Virus record (IMG/VR): IMGVR_UViG_3300001530_000094
Strand: one strand, 5' to 3'
Length of the DNA: 64,000 bases
From: a virus
Part shown: in pieces, positions 10,025 through 19,169 of the stretch
Numbering within the stretch: the stretch's first letter is position 1
Layout: the number at the start of each line of letters is the position of its first letter
Program-made: the position numbers and the translations under genes
Notes under the pieces: model-generated
Told to the model about the DNA's origin: nothing
The model's database searches: none
What the model saw: only the letters and a program-made list of their open reading frames with translations

Positions 10025-10705
10025 CTAAACATGAAACTTATAAAGCAATATTTGAATTGGGTAGACCTATAATAGAAGATTCCAGACATCCATATTTACA
10101 TCTAGCATATAAACTAAAACTTAATAATTACAGAGTAATTACTGATGGAGAGCTGATGGTGAAAGGAAAAGATTTAGAAATTCCAGAATATATGAAAGAG
10201 TTTTTAAGATTTCATGGAGAAGCTTTAATGATAGCTAATATAATTAGTGAAAAAGTAATTTCTATAGTTCTTAGAAGTATAAATACTAAAAAAGAGTTTC
10301 AAAAAGTAGGAGTAATGAAGAATATGCTATACGGTTTGGGACAACTTTCAGACAATTTTAAGTTTCGGACAACCTATATTATTAGTAGAAGGACATTTAG
10401 ATAGAGATACAATGTCTGAATTTTATCCTAATGTTTTAGCTCTTACAACAAATAAAATATCTAACACTCAAAGAGATATTCTTAAATCTTTAAGCAATAA
10501 ATTTATTTTAATGTTAGACAATGATGAAGCTGGCAGAATAGGAACTAAAGATGCTTATTATAAACTTAAAGGATGTAAAATTCAAGAGTTAAAGCATTTA
10601 GCTAATATGAAGGATGCTGGTGACTTAAACAAATTAGAATTTACTAATAAATCAGAGTATGATTGGGTAACTACTAACTATAAAATGCAGATTGAAATGT
10701 TTTAA
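10021..10705 (+). CDS. DnaG-like/TOPRIM primase requiring a +1 shift at CGGA 10366-10369
   Basis: ORFs 10021-10404 and 10412-10705 join as ...GLGQLSDNFKF-[G]-QPILLVEGHLDRDTMSEFYPNVLALTTNKI...FILMLDNDEAGRIG. TOPRIM ExxxD and DxD motifs lie after the junction. Confidence 0.88.
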
Positions 10706-10742
10706 AAACTTGCATACTATATAATAAGTAAAGGAGTTAATT

Positions 10743-10925
10743 ATGAAGACAGGAGATAATGTATTGTTCTATTATAAAAATAGAGCATACTCTGGAGAAA
10801 TCACTAGTATAAATTTACAAATTCAAAACACTATTGTTTATAATGTAAGATGCGGTGTATCTAATGAATTTGAAATTTGGAAAAATAAACTTACTGGAGA
10901 AATAGTTGATATTAAGAAATTATAA
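10743..10925 (+). CDS. Hypothetical protein
   Basis: Small ORF with RBS aaggag. Confidence 0.5.
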   Translation: MKTGDNVLFYYKNRAYSGEITSINLQIQNTIVYNVRCGVSNEFEIWKNKLTGEIVDIKKL

Positions 10926-10943
10926 GAAGGAGAGAAGTAGATA

Positions 10944-11981
10944 ATGATTACACAAGAATGTAGACCTAAAACATTTAAAGAAGTAAGTGGACAGACTATT
11001 CCTAAGTCTGTTCTACAAGCAATTTGTAAATCACCGTCTACTTCACCTAGAACTATAATTTTAGAGGGAGAGTATGGCACAGGTAAGACTAGTTGTGCTA
11101 GAATATTTGCAAAAGCATTAAACTGTAAACATAGAACAAAAACTGGAGATGCTTGTGGAAAGTGTGATAATTGTTTATGTGACATAGATAAATCTATGTT
11201 TTACGCAGAGTATGACTCTTCTGTAATTGGTAATATAACAGACATAAAAGAGCTTAAAGATACATTTTATTTTAATGAGTCTTTAGGATATAAAGTAGTT
11301 GTTTTAGATGAAGCTCATTTAATAACACCTCAAGCTCAGTCGACTCTTTTAAAATTATTTGAAGAAGGTGTAGAAGGAGTATTTTTTGTTCTTTGTACTA
11401 CTAATTCTTCTAAAATTTTAAATACTATACGTTCTAGAGCTTTATCTTTAAGATTTGACTTGTTGAGTACTGAAGAAGTTGAAAAAAACTTAAAAAATAT
11501 TTGTGAAAATAGTTTACAAATTGAAATAGAAAGTGATATAATCCAATTAATAGCAGAACAAAGTAAAGGTCATTTAAGAAATGCACACATGTTATTAGAA
11601 CAATACAGACTGTTAGGTAGAGAAGAATTTACTAATTTATATAGAAGTTGTTCAGAGTTATATAAAACATTTCTATATTTAGTGGTTACTAATAAATCTG
11701 AGCATTTACCAAGAGTAATTGAACTTTTACTAAGACATAAGTTAGCAGATTTAAAATCAGAATATGAGTTATTTGTATTAAATATAATAAAGATTTACTA
11801 TAATAAAACACAGGTTGAAGATAAACAACTAAATTTAGTTTTGAATATATATAAAAATAGAAAAAATAGTTTTATAGATGTATTAAATAATTATAGAAAT
11901 TATGACATGTTTAACTCAGATACAAGATTTGCTTCACTTATGTGGCTATTAGCAGACAGACTACGACAACTAATTTTGTAG
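10944..11981 (+). CDS. dnaX: DNA polymerase III gamma/tau-like clamp loader
   Basis: RPKTFKEVSGQ, GEYGTGKTSCARIFAKALNC, CGKCDNC zinc motif, VVVLDEAHLI. Confidence 0.92.
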   Translation: MITQECRPKTFKEVSGQTIPKSVLQAICKSPSTSPRTIILEGEYGTGKTSCARIFAKALNCKHRTKTGDACGKCDNCLCDIDKSMFYAEYDSSVIGNITDIKELKDTFYFNESLGYKVVVLDEAHLITPQAQSTLLKLFEEGVEGVFFVLCTTNSSKILNTIRSRALSLRFDLLSTEEVEKNLKNICENSLQIEIESDIIQLIAEQSKGHLRNAHMLLEQYRLLGREEFTNLYRSCSELYKTFLYLVVTNKSEHLPRVIELLLRHKLADLKSEYELFVLNIIKIYYNKTQVEDKQLNLVLNIYKNRKNSFIDVLNNYRNYDMFNSDTRFASLMWLLADRLRQLIL

Positions 11982-11994
11982 GAGGAAGTAATGA

Positions 11995-12564
11995 ATGGTT
12001 TATTCATCTGTTGAAGGATTAATAGACAACATAGTAGAAGTAGTTCAAAAAATGTTTTTCTTTTATGTGTATGATGAGGACACTATAAATGATTTAAAGC
12101 AAGAAGGCTACTTAATGGCTTATGAATTATTAGCTAAAGGAGAGTATGACCCTAGTAGAAGTCTTAGAAATTATCTTTTTACTGGTGTAAGAAATGCAAT
12201 GACAAACTTTATGTATAAAAAGAATAAAACTAAGAAAGATATTTCACATGACACTTTAGAATCAGCAGAATTTCAAGATTTCATGAATGTTACTGGAAAT
12301 GATTATTATGTAGGAAAAGTTTACACTAGAATAGAATATCAAATAGGGAGTGATATTACAGTTGATGATTTAAAAGAAGTTACAGATAAATACAAGAATT
12401 ATGGCAAAAATCTTTTGGATAAATCAGAGAAAAAACTATCAGACAAACTAAATTTAGAAATTACAGAAGAAATAAAAATAGATGGAGAGGATGATACATT
12501 ACCTATTGTGTATAATGTGATAATGGGAGAGGTTATATGGAACAAAGTAATGAGTTTGATATAA
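11995..12564 (+). CDS. Putative sigma factor-like protein (region 2-like)
   Basis: DLKQEGYLMAYELLAKGEYDPSRSLRNYLFTGVRNAMTNFMYKK resembles sigma-70 region 2. Confidence 0.55.
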   Translation: MVYSSVEGLIDNIVEVVQKMFFFYVYDEDTINDLKQEGYLMAYELLAKGEYDPSRSLRNYLFTGVRNAMTNFMYKKNKTKKDISHDTLESAEFQDFMNVTGNDYYVGKVYTRIEYQIGSDITVDDLKEVTDKYKNYGKNLLDKSEKKLSDKLNLEITEEIKIDGEDDTLPIVYNVIMGEVIWNKVMSLI

Positions 12565-13128
12565 GAGATGAAAATCTTATACCTAGTGAGATAATAGAGA
12601 AGAAAATGATAAAGGGAGATAAAGAGAAAAAAGAATATGAGCCACGGCAGTTTAGTACTCTTTAGAAAGATGACACCAGAACAATATGATATATTTATAC
12701 AACAACTTTCAGACTCAGTAGGCTACAAACTTGATTTACTTAAAAAAATAATATCTAATAGCATAAAAAGAGGAGAAGATGATAATATTTTATTCTTAAG
12801 AATATTGGACGCTTTTGCAGGAACAAGTATAAGCTTTCCTAAGAGAAGACAATCTTTTCAATATTTAGATAAAACTTTTATGTATACTAAGGCCAAGAAC
12901 CATAATTTTACAGAAGATATTTATAATAGTATTGCAAAACATCATGATGAAAAATTAGCTGTAGTTAAAAATAGAGTTTTAAGAATTTCTAAGTTATTAG
13001 ATGATGAAGAATATACTACTTTAGTTAGAGAACAAGATAAACTTAAGAAAAAGAGAAGAGAAGCTAGAGAAGAAAAAAGAAAACTAAGAGAGGCAAAAGA
13101 AAGAAAAGATAATGAAGAAAGTACATAG
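12537..13128 (+). CDS. Hypothetical protein requiring a +1 shift at CGGC 12645-12648
   Basis: ATG 12537 follows gggagagg. MEQSNEFDIRDENLIPSEIIEKKMIKGDKEKKEYEP-[G]-SLVLFRKMTPEQYDIFIQ... continues into the 12637 ORF. Confidence 0.72.
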
Positions 13129-13151
13129 TAATATATAAAGGAGGTAGAAAT

Positions 13152-13655
13152 ATGATAGTTTGTTTAGAAGGACCAGATGGCTCAGGAAAAAGTACTTTAG
13201 TAAGATATCTTCAAGAAAAATATAATATGAAAATGAAACATTCAAGTTCTGAAACTAAAAATGATTTTCAATATCATTTAGATTTATTAGAAGAAGACAA
13301 TGTAGTCTTAGATAGAGCTAATCTTGGAGAAATAGTATATCCAGAAGTATATGGTAGAAATCCTAAAATGACTTGGGATAATCAAATAGATTTTATGAAT
13401 GCTTGCATGGACAAAGGTGTAATTTATATAATCTTTTACGCATCAGACTTTAATACTTTAAAAGAAAGATTATTTAAAAGAGGAGATACTCAACAAGTGC
13501 TAGAAAATGCAGAGAAAATAAATTTAGTATTTAAAACTTTAGCACACATGTTTTCAGAACTTTATCCTAATGTGTATGCATTAGATATTTCTAAGGAGTC
13601 AGACCAGATTAAATTTTTCGAAGATATTTTAAAGGAGAAAACAGATGGAGAATGA
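13152..13655 (+). CDS. Thymidylate/deoxynucleotide kinase-like protein
   Basis: CLEGPDGSGKSTLVRYLQEKY P-loop; VVLDRANLGEIVYPEVYG. Confidence 0.75.
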   Translation: MIVCLEGPDGSGKSTLVRYLQEKYNMKMKHSSSETKNDFQYHLDLLEEDNVVLDRANLGEIVYPEVYGRNPKMTWDNQIDFMNACMDKGVIYIIFYASDFNTLKERLFKRGDTQQVLENAEKINLVFKTLAHMFSELYPNVYALDISKESDQIKFFEDILKEKTDGE

Positions 13656-13884
13656 GTTTTATGAACATTTAGTAATTTCTGGGAGAGATGAGAATTTTCA
13701 AAACGATTTAACTAAAGCTTCTATAGCAGGTTGGGAAACAGTTCATATAAATTCTTTTCCAGTAGAAAAGCCAGATATGCTAAAACATGGCTATACTATA
13801 GAATTAATCTATACAGCAGTTTTAAGAAGATTAAGAAGCAGAGAGGAGTTAAAAGATGATAACAGAAAACTTGAAACAACATAG
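13645..13884 (+). CDS. Hypothetical protein
   Basis: ORF overlapping both neighbours. Confidence 0.5.
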   Translation: MENEFYEHLVISGRDENFQNDLTKASIAGWETVHINSFPVEKPDMLKHGYTIELIYTAVLRRLRSREELKDDNRKLETT

Positions 13885-14869
13885 AGAAGAACAGTGGACA
13901 GAACAATATTATAAAGAATCAAAAGAAATAATACAAAATAAAGATATACTTCCGATTGTTGTTCCATCGTATAGAAGAGGATATGCTGCTTCTACTTTAC
14001 AGGCTTTGAAAGATTTTCCTGAGTTAAAAGTAGTAGTATTTATATATGAAGAAGAGTTTGATTTATATAGACATTTATTTGAAACATATCCTCATATACA
14101 ATATCAACTATGCTCAGGATTTAGAGGAATTGCTCCTAAAAGAAAGTATATTACTGAAAGAATGGTACAATTAGGAATGCCAGAATTTTTTGAGATAGAT
14201 GATGATGCAACAGCATTTTTCTATACAAAACATGGTAGTATGAAAAAAGACCCTACAAAGTACAAAGCAGAGAAGACCCAGATTGACATACAAGACTTTT
14301 TCAGAATGTTCCAATATATTATTAAATATAAAGCGCTAGAAAAAATAGACTTATGCGGAATAATTTTTGATAACGGAGCTTGGGCTCAAGATTTAAGAAC
14401 TTTACCTGATATTATTTATATCGGCGGACAAGCTTTTTGCTTTTATTTAGATGCAAAGGCTTGCTTAGACAAAGGATTGAACTATTATGTAGAAGATAAA
14501 ATTTGGGAAGATTTTGATTTTTCAATGCAAGTAATAAATGCAGGGTTAAACTCTTGTCAAATAAGATATTTAACTGCTTCTACACCTACTATGACTCCCG
14601 GAGATTCAGTCGCTACTGCAGCTGGTTCACCTTGGGCACAGAAATCAGTAAATCTATATAAAAGATGGGGAGACTTGATTAGGTTTAAACCTATGAAGGG
14701 TGAGTTGAATGCTAAAATAAAATGGACTACTATTAGAAATCAACTTAAGAAAGACGGTCATTTAACTATCACTTATAATCCAGTTTATATGGAGTTTATA
14801 AATAGAAATGATTATGATGGATTAACACATTATATAGAACAAGAAAAGAATAAAAATGAGGAGGTATAA
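13856..14869 (+). CDS. GT-A fold glycosyltransferase-like protein
   Basis: IVVPSYRRGYAASTLQALKDFPELKVVVFIYEEE, EIDDDATAFF (DxD), VEDKIWEDFDFSMQVINAG. Confidence 0.65.
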   Translation: MITENLKQHREEQWTEQYYKESKEIIQNKDILPIVVPSYRRGYAASTLQALKDFPELKVVVFIYEEEFDLYRHLFETYPHIQYQLCSGFRGIAPKRKYITERMVQLGMPEFFEIDDDATAFFYTKHGSMKKDPTKYKAEKTQIDIQDFFRMFQYIIKYKALEKIDLCGIIFDNGAWAQDLRTLPDIIYIGGQAFCFYLDAKACLDKGLNYYVEDKIWEDFDFSMQVINAGLNSCQIRYLTASTPTMTPGDSVATAAGSPWAQKSVNLYKRWGDLIRFKPMKGELNAKIKWTTIRNQLKKDGHLTITYNPVYMEFINRNDYDGLTHYIEQEKNKNEEV

Positions 14870-14871
14870 TT

Positions 14872-15216
14872 ATGGCTACTGAAGAACAAATAAGAAGTTT
14901 TCAGGCTACAGGTTTAACTAGAGAAGCATCTGAAAGATTAGCTAGTAAAGCTTATGATATGGATTTTGGAAAAGCTATTAGAGCATTAAAAGAAGGTAAA
15001 CAAGTTGCTAGAAAAGGTTGGAATGGTAAAGAACAATATATAGAATTAGCAACAGATATAAGTTATAAAAATACAAAAGGAGAAATAATTAATGCAGAAC
15101 ATCAAGCTATTGGAAATCAAGCAATAGCATTTGTTGGTACTTCTGGAGTTCAGTTAGGTTGGTTAGCAAGTCAAGCAGATATATTAGCAACTGACTGGTA
15201 CATAAAGGAGGACTAA
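14872..15216 (+). CDS. DUF2829 / Tad2-like protein
   Basis: DFGKAIRALKEGKQVARKGWNGKEQYIELA ... GWLASQADILATDWYI, the family pattern. Confidence 0.78.
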   Translation: MATEEQIRSFQATGLTREASERLASKAYDMDFGKAIRALKEGKQVARKGWNGKEQYIELATDISYKNTKGEIINAEHQAIGNQAIAFVGTSGVQLGWLASQADILATDWYIKED

Positions 15217-15915
15217 ATGAAGAGAATATTAAATACAGACTATTTTGATGTTAATGATATTAGACAAACTTTAGTAAATAAATGGTATAATAAAGATTTT
15301 GATGATACAGGAAATGTAGCAATAATTTCTGCATCATTTGTTGCAGATGAAGCTTATATAATAAGACCACCTAATGTAAAATATGTAGAAAGAGAACTTA
15401 AATGGTATTTATCAGAAAGTTTAAATGTAAATGATATTCCTGAAGGAGCTCCTACTATATGGCAACAAGTCTCAGATAAAGACGGTTTTATAAATTCTAA
15501 CTATGGTTGGACTACTTTTTCAAAAGAGAATTATAGTCAATTTGATAAAGTAGTAGAAGAATTATCTAAAAATAAAGCTAGTAGACAAGGAGTAATAATA
15601 TTTATCAGGCCTACAATGCATGAAGATAGTAAAAGAAATGGAATGCATGATTTTATCTGTACATATTGTTATACTTTTAAAATAGAGAAAGATAAACTTT
15701 ACATGATAGTAAACATGAGAAGTAATGATTGCGTATTTGGATATGATAATGACTGGGCATTTGCAGATTATGTACATGAAAGAATGTTAGCAGAGCTTAA
15801 GAAAACTTATCCAGGTTTAGATAAAGGTGTAATATTTTGGAGAGCAGATAATTTTCACTGTTATCCTAGACATTTTAAATATTTAGAAGAAATTTATATG
15901 AATAATCAAAAATAA
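15217..15915 (+). CDS. Hypothetical protein
   Basis: ORF, gene context. Confidence 0.55.
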   Translation: MKRILNTDYFDVNDIRQTLVNKWYNKDFDDTGNVAIISASFVADEAYIIRPPNVKYVERELKWYLSESLNVNDIPEGAPTIWQQVSDKDGFINSNYGWTTFSKENYSQFDKVVEELSKNKASRQGVIIFIRPTMHEDSKRNGMHDFICTYCYTFKIEKDKLYMIVNMRSNDCVFGYDNDWAFADYVHERMLAELKKTYPGLDKGVIFWRADNFHCYPRHFKYLEEIYMNNQK

Positions 15916-15963
15916 AAGCATAATATAAATTATAATAAGTAAATTTGAAAGGAGCAATGTAAG

Positions 15964-16227
15964 ATGAAGATTACAGACGTAAGAATCAGAAAAATGGATA
16001 ATGGAGGAAAGAGAAGAGCAGTTGCTTCAGTAACTTTTGATAGCGAATTTGTTGTTCATGACATTAGTGTTATTGAAACTGAAAATGGAACTTTTATATC
16101 AATGCCTTCTAAGAGATTACCTAATGGAGAATATAGAGATATAGCTCATCCAATAACATCTGAAACTAGAAACAAAATTCAAGATGCAGTTTTAAACGCA
16201 TACGCTAATGAAATTGGACAATATTAA
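15964..16227 (+). CDS. spoVG: SpoVG-family protein
   Basis: [38 protein letters not shown]...[20 protein letters not shown]. Confidence 0.92.
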   Translation: MKITDVRIRKMDNGGKRRAVASVTFDSEFVVHDISVIETENGTFISMPSKRLPNGEYRDIAHPITSETRNKIQDAVLNAYANEIGQY

Positions 16228-16323
16228 TATAGTTTATAGCGTTTTCCATAAATTTAATTTAGAACTATCCTAAGTGATAGTTCTTTATTTTTGCATAATA
16301 TAATTAAGAGGAGGTGAAAAAGA

Positions 16324-16776
16324 ATGGAAGATTTTAACTTAAAATTTATTAAAACTAAAGAAGTAAAAAGTCCAGTAAGAGGACATGACACAGATGCTGG
16401 TATAGATTTCTTTGTTCCAGAGGATTTTGAAAGAGTAAAATTAAATCCAGGAGAAGATGTTCTTATAGATGCTGGTATAAAAGTAATAGTACCTAAAGGA
16501 TATGCTTTAATCTTTAAAGAAAAATCTGGAGTAGCAACTAAAAAGAAATTAACTATAGGAGCTTGTGTAGTAGATTCAGACTACAGAGGTGTAGTTCATT
16601 TACACTTATTTAATAGTGGAACTGAAATAGAAACTGTAGAAGCTGGAGATAAAATTACTCAAGGTTTAGTAGTGCCAGTTTCTTTATGCAAACCAGAAGA
16701 AATATCAGAAGAAGAATATAATTCTTATGATACAGAGCGTGGAGAAGGCGGATTCGGTTCTACTGGCTCTAAGTAG
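16324..16776 (+). CDS. dut: dUTPase
   Basis: DTDAGIDFFVPED, KEKSGVATKKKL, GVVDSDYRG-like motif, ERGEGGFGSTG (motif V). Confidence 0.96.
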   Translation: MEDFNLKFIKTKEVKSPVRGHDTDAGIDFFVPEDFERVKLNPGEDVLIDAGIKVIVPKGYALIFKEKSGVATKKKLTIGACVVDSDYRGVVHLHLFNSGTEIETVEAGDKITQGLVVPVSLCKPEEISEEEYNSYDTERGEGGFGSTGSK

Positions 16777-16825
16777 TTTACAGAAAAGTACATTGAAAAT
16801 TAAATAGAAAGGAAAGTAGAAATTT

Positions 16826-18319
16826 ATGTTAGTAACAGGAATTATTATTGGAGTCGCAGTTTTACTATTAGTTTTATTTATTATGGCAAGTTATACTAAA
16901 TGCCCACCAGATATGGTATATCTAGTATCTGGGTTGAGAAAAGAACCTAGAGTTATAATAGGAAAAGCTACATTTAAAATACCATTTTTTGAAAGAGTAG
17001 ATAAATTAACTCTAGAACTAATTCAGATAGATGTAAGAACTTCTAGTGTACCTACAGCTGACTTCATCAATGTAGATGTAGATGCTGTAGCAAATGTAAG
17101 AATACCTAAGGATAATGATTTAATACAAGTAGCTGCAAGACACTTTTTAAATCAAAGCTCTGATTATATAGCAAGAAATGTTCAACAAGTATTAGAAGGA
17201 AATATGAGAGAGATTATAGGTCAAATGCAATTAGTAGATTTAGTAAATAATAAACAAATCTTTTCTCAAAAAATCCAAGAGAATGCTAAAGATGACATTA
17301 AAGCTATAGGATTAGAAATAGTAAACTTAAATGTACAAAGTTGTACAGATGAGAATAATGCTATAAATGATTTAGGAATTGACAATTTAGTCAAAATTCA
17401 AAAAACTGCGAAGATTGCAAAAGCTGAATCAGAAAAAGAAATTAAAATAGCTGAGTCTAAAGCTGATGAAGAAGGAGCTAAAGCTAGAGCAGAAGCAGAT
17501 GCAAAAATAGCAGAACAACAAAAAGATTTAGAAATTAAGAAAGCAGAGTTTAAAATAGAACAAGATAGAAAGAAAGCAGAAGCAGATGCAGCATATTCAA
17601 TACAACAAGCACAACAACAGAAATCTATAAATGAAAGTACTGTAGCTGCAGAGGTAGCAAAAGCAGAGAAAGAAACAGAACTTAAAGAGAAAGAAGTAGC
17701 ATTAAAAGAAAAAGAACTTGATGCTTTAGTAAGAAAACAAGCAGATGCTGAAAGATATGCTGCAGAACAAAAAGCTGAAGCAGAGAAGAACGTAAGAATA
17801 CAGGAAGCAGAAGCAGACTTAGCAGATGCGGAAAGAGGAGCTAAAGCTAGAGTAGCTCAAGCAAAAGCAGAAAAAGAAGCGAGTGAACTAGAAGCTCAAG
17901 GTATAAAAGCTAAATTAGTAGCAGAAGCTGAAGGAAAGAAAGCTATATTATTAGCAGAAGCAGAGGGTGTAAAAGCTAAAGGTTTAGCTGAAGCAGAAGC
18001 TATAGAGAAGAAAGCAGAAGCACAAGCAAAGATGAAAGAAGCTTCTATTGTAGAAATGATAATGACAGCTTTACCTCAAATAGCTAAAGAAGTATCTACA
18101 CCTCTAAGCAATATAGACTCAATTACAATGTATGGAGACCAGTCAACTAAATTACTAGAAGAAAATACTCAGAAAATAGATAAAGTATTAAAAGTGGCTC
18201 AAGATTCATTGGGATTAGATTTAAAAAGTTTAGTAGCTGGATTTGCTGGTTCAGAGGTATTAAACAAAGTAGTAGATTCAAAAACTAAAAAATCTAATAA
18301 AACTCAAACATCAGAATGA
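16826..18319 (+). CDS. Flotillin-like SPFH/Band 7 protein
   Basis: N-terminal TM segment, SPFH domain, long AEA-rich coiled coil and C-terminus typical of flotillins. Confidence 0.9.
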   Translation: MLVTGIIIGVAVLLLVLFIMASYTKCPPDMVYLVSGLRKEPRVIIGKATFKIPFFERVDKLTLELIQIDVRTSSVPTADFINVDVDAVANVRIPKDNDLIQVAARHFLNQSSDYIARNVQQVLEGNMREIIGQMQLVDLVNNKQIFSQKIQENAKDDIKAIGLEIVNLNVQSCTDENNAINDLGIDNLVKIQKTAKIAKAESEKEIKIAESKADEEGAKARAEADAKIAEQQKDLEIKKAEFKIEQDRKKAEADAAYSIQQAQQQKSINESTVAAEVAKAEKETELKEKEVALKEKELDALVRKQADAERYAAEQKAEAEKNVRIQEAEADLADAERGAKARVAQAKAEKEASELEAQGIKAKLVAEAEGKKAILLAEAEGVKAKGLAEAEAIEKKAEAQAKMKEASIVEMIMTALPQIAKEVSTPLSNIDSITMYGDQSTKLLEENTQKIDKVLKVAQDSLGLDLKSLVAGFAGSEVLNKVVDSKTKKSNKTQTSE

Positions 18320-18374
18320 CTTCAGTGACATTTTTATAAAGAGTTAATATAATTTTATATCTTAGCGCTACTAA
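18310..18374 (+). repeat. Dispersed intergenic element copy A
   Basis: CATCAGAATGACTTCAGTGACATTTTTATA...TTAGCGCTACTA. Confidence 0.75.
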
Positions 18375-18391
18375 AAATTTAAAATACCTAT

Positions 18392-18420
18392 TTACAAAAT
18401 TAAAATAATATGTTATAATG
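18392..18420 (+). promoter_or_regulatory. Sigma-70-like promoter, extended -10
   Basis: TTTACA - 17 nt (ending TG-T) - TATAAT. Confidence 0.8.
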
Positions 18421-18467
18421 CACATATAAAGTAATTTTTGAAGTAAGTTCATTGGAGGTAAGACAGT

Positions 18468-18773
18468 ATGAATGAATTAAAGCGGTTGCAGCAAGAAATC
18501 TTAGAAAATAAGAAGAGACACGGATTTAATACAACAAACATTGAACAGGAATTTTGTTACTTATATGGAGAAGTTTCAGAAGCATACGAAGCGTATTATA
18601 AACAGAAAGACTCTTTATCTGAAGAATTAGCAGATGTAGCTATTTTTCTTTTAGGACTCTCAGAGATTTTAGGAATAGACCTTTATGAAGAGATAGAAAG
18701 AAAAGTTGTTATAAATTCTCAGAGAGTATACAGCTTCAATGATAACGGCAAACCGATAAGAACAGAAGGGTAA
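18468..18773 (+). CDS. MazG-like nucleotide pyrophosphohydrolase
   Basis: NTTNIEQEFCYLYGEVSEAYEAYYKQKDSLSEELADVAIFLLGLSEILGID. Contains in-frame CGG at 18483. Confidence 0.8.
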   Translation: MNELKRLQQEILENKKRHGFNTTNIEQEFCYLYGEVSEAYEAYYKQKDSLSEELADVAIFLLGLSEILGIDLYEEIERKVVINSQRVYSFNDNGKPIRTEG

Positions 18774-18827
18774 TTACTTACTTAGAGGAGATTTTCTCCT
18801 CTAAGCATATTATAAATAGGTGATAAC

Positions 18828-19133
18828 ATGGATGATTTAGAAAAAGAATTACAAAGACAGAAAGAATTTTTTCATCTTTTAGATTTAAGAGCAGAAAGAG
18901 ACCAGATAAGAGCAAAGCAAATGACTCAAACTATAATTCTTTGGGAAATAGTAGTATTTGCTATTTTAGCATCTCAGATTGCTAGAGCAGTGAATTTTAT
19001 ATCTATAACAACTCATGGAATAATATCTTTAACTATTCTTATTGCTCAATTTATAGCAATTCATTATATAAAAAGAAAAGCAGATGAAAAAATTAAAAAT
19101 AATAGAGAATTTCAAAGACATAATATAAAATAA
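18828..19133 (+). CDS. Hypothetical protein with two TM segments
   Basis: ORF with RBS and hydrophobic stretches. Confidence 0.6.
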   Translation: MDDLEKELQRQKEFFHLLDLRAERDQIRAKQMTQTIILWEIVVFAILASQIARAVNFISITTHGIISLTILIAQFIAIHYIKRKADEKIKNNREFQRHNIK

Positions 19134-19169
19134 AGCATATTATATATTATAAAGAGTTCGCAAAACTTT

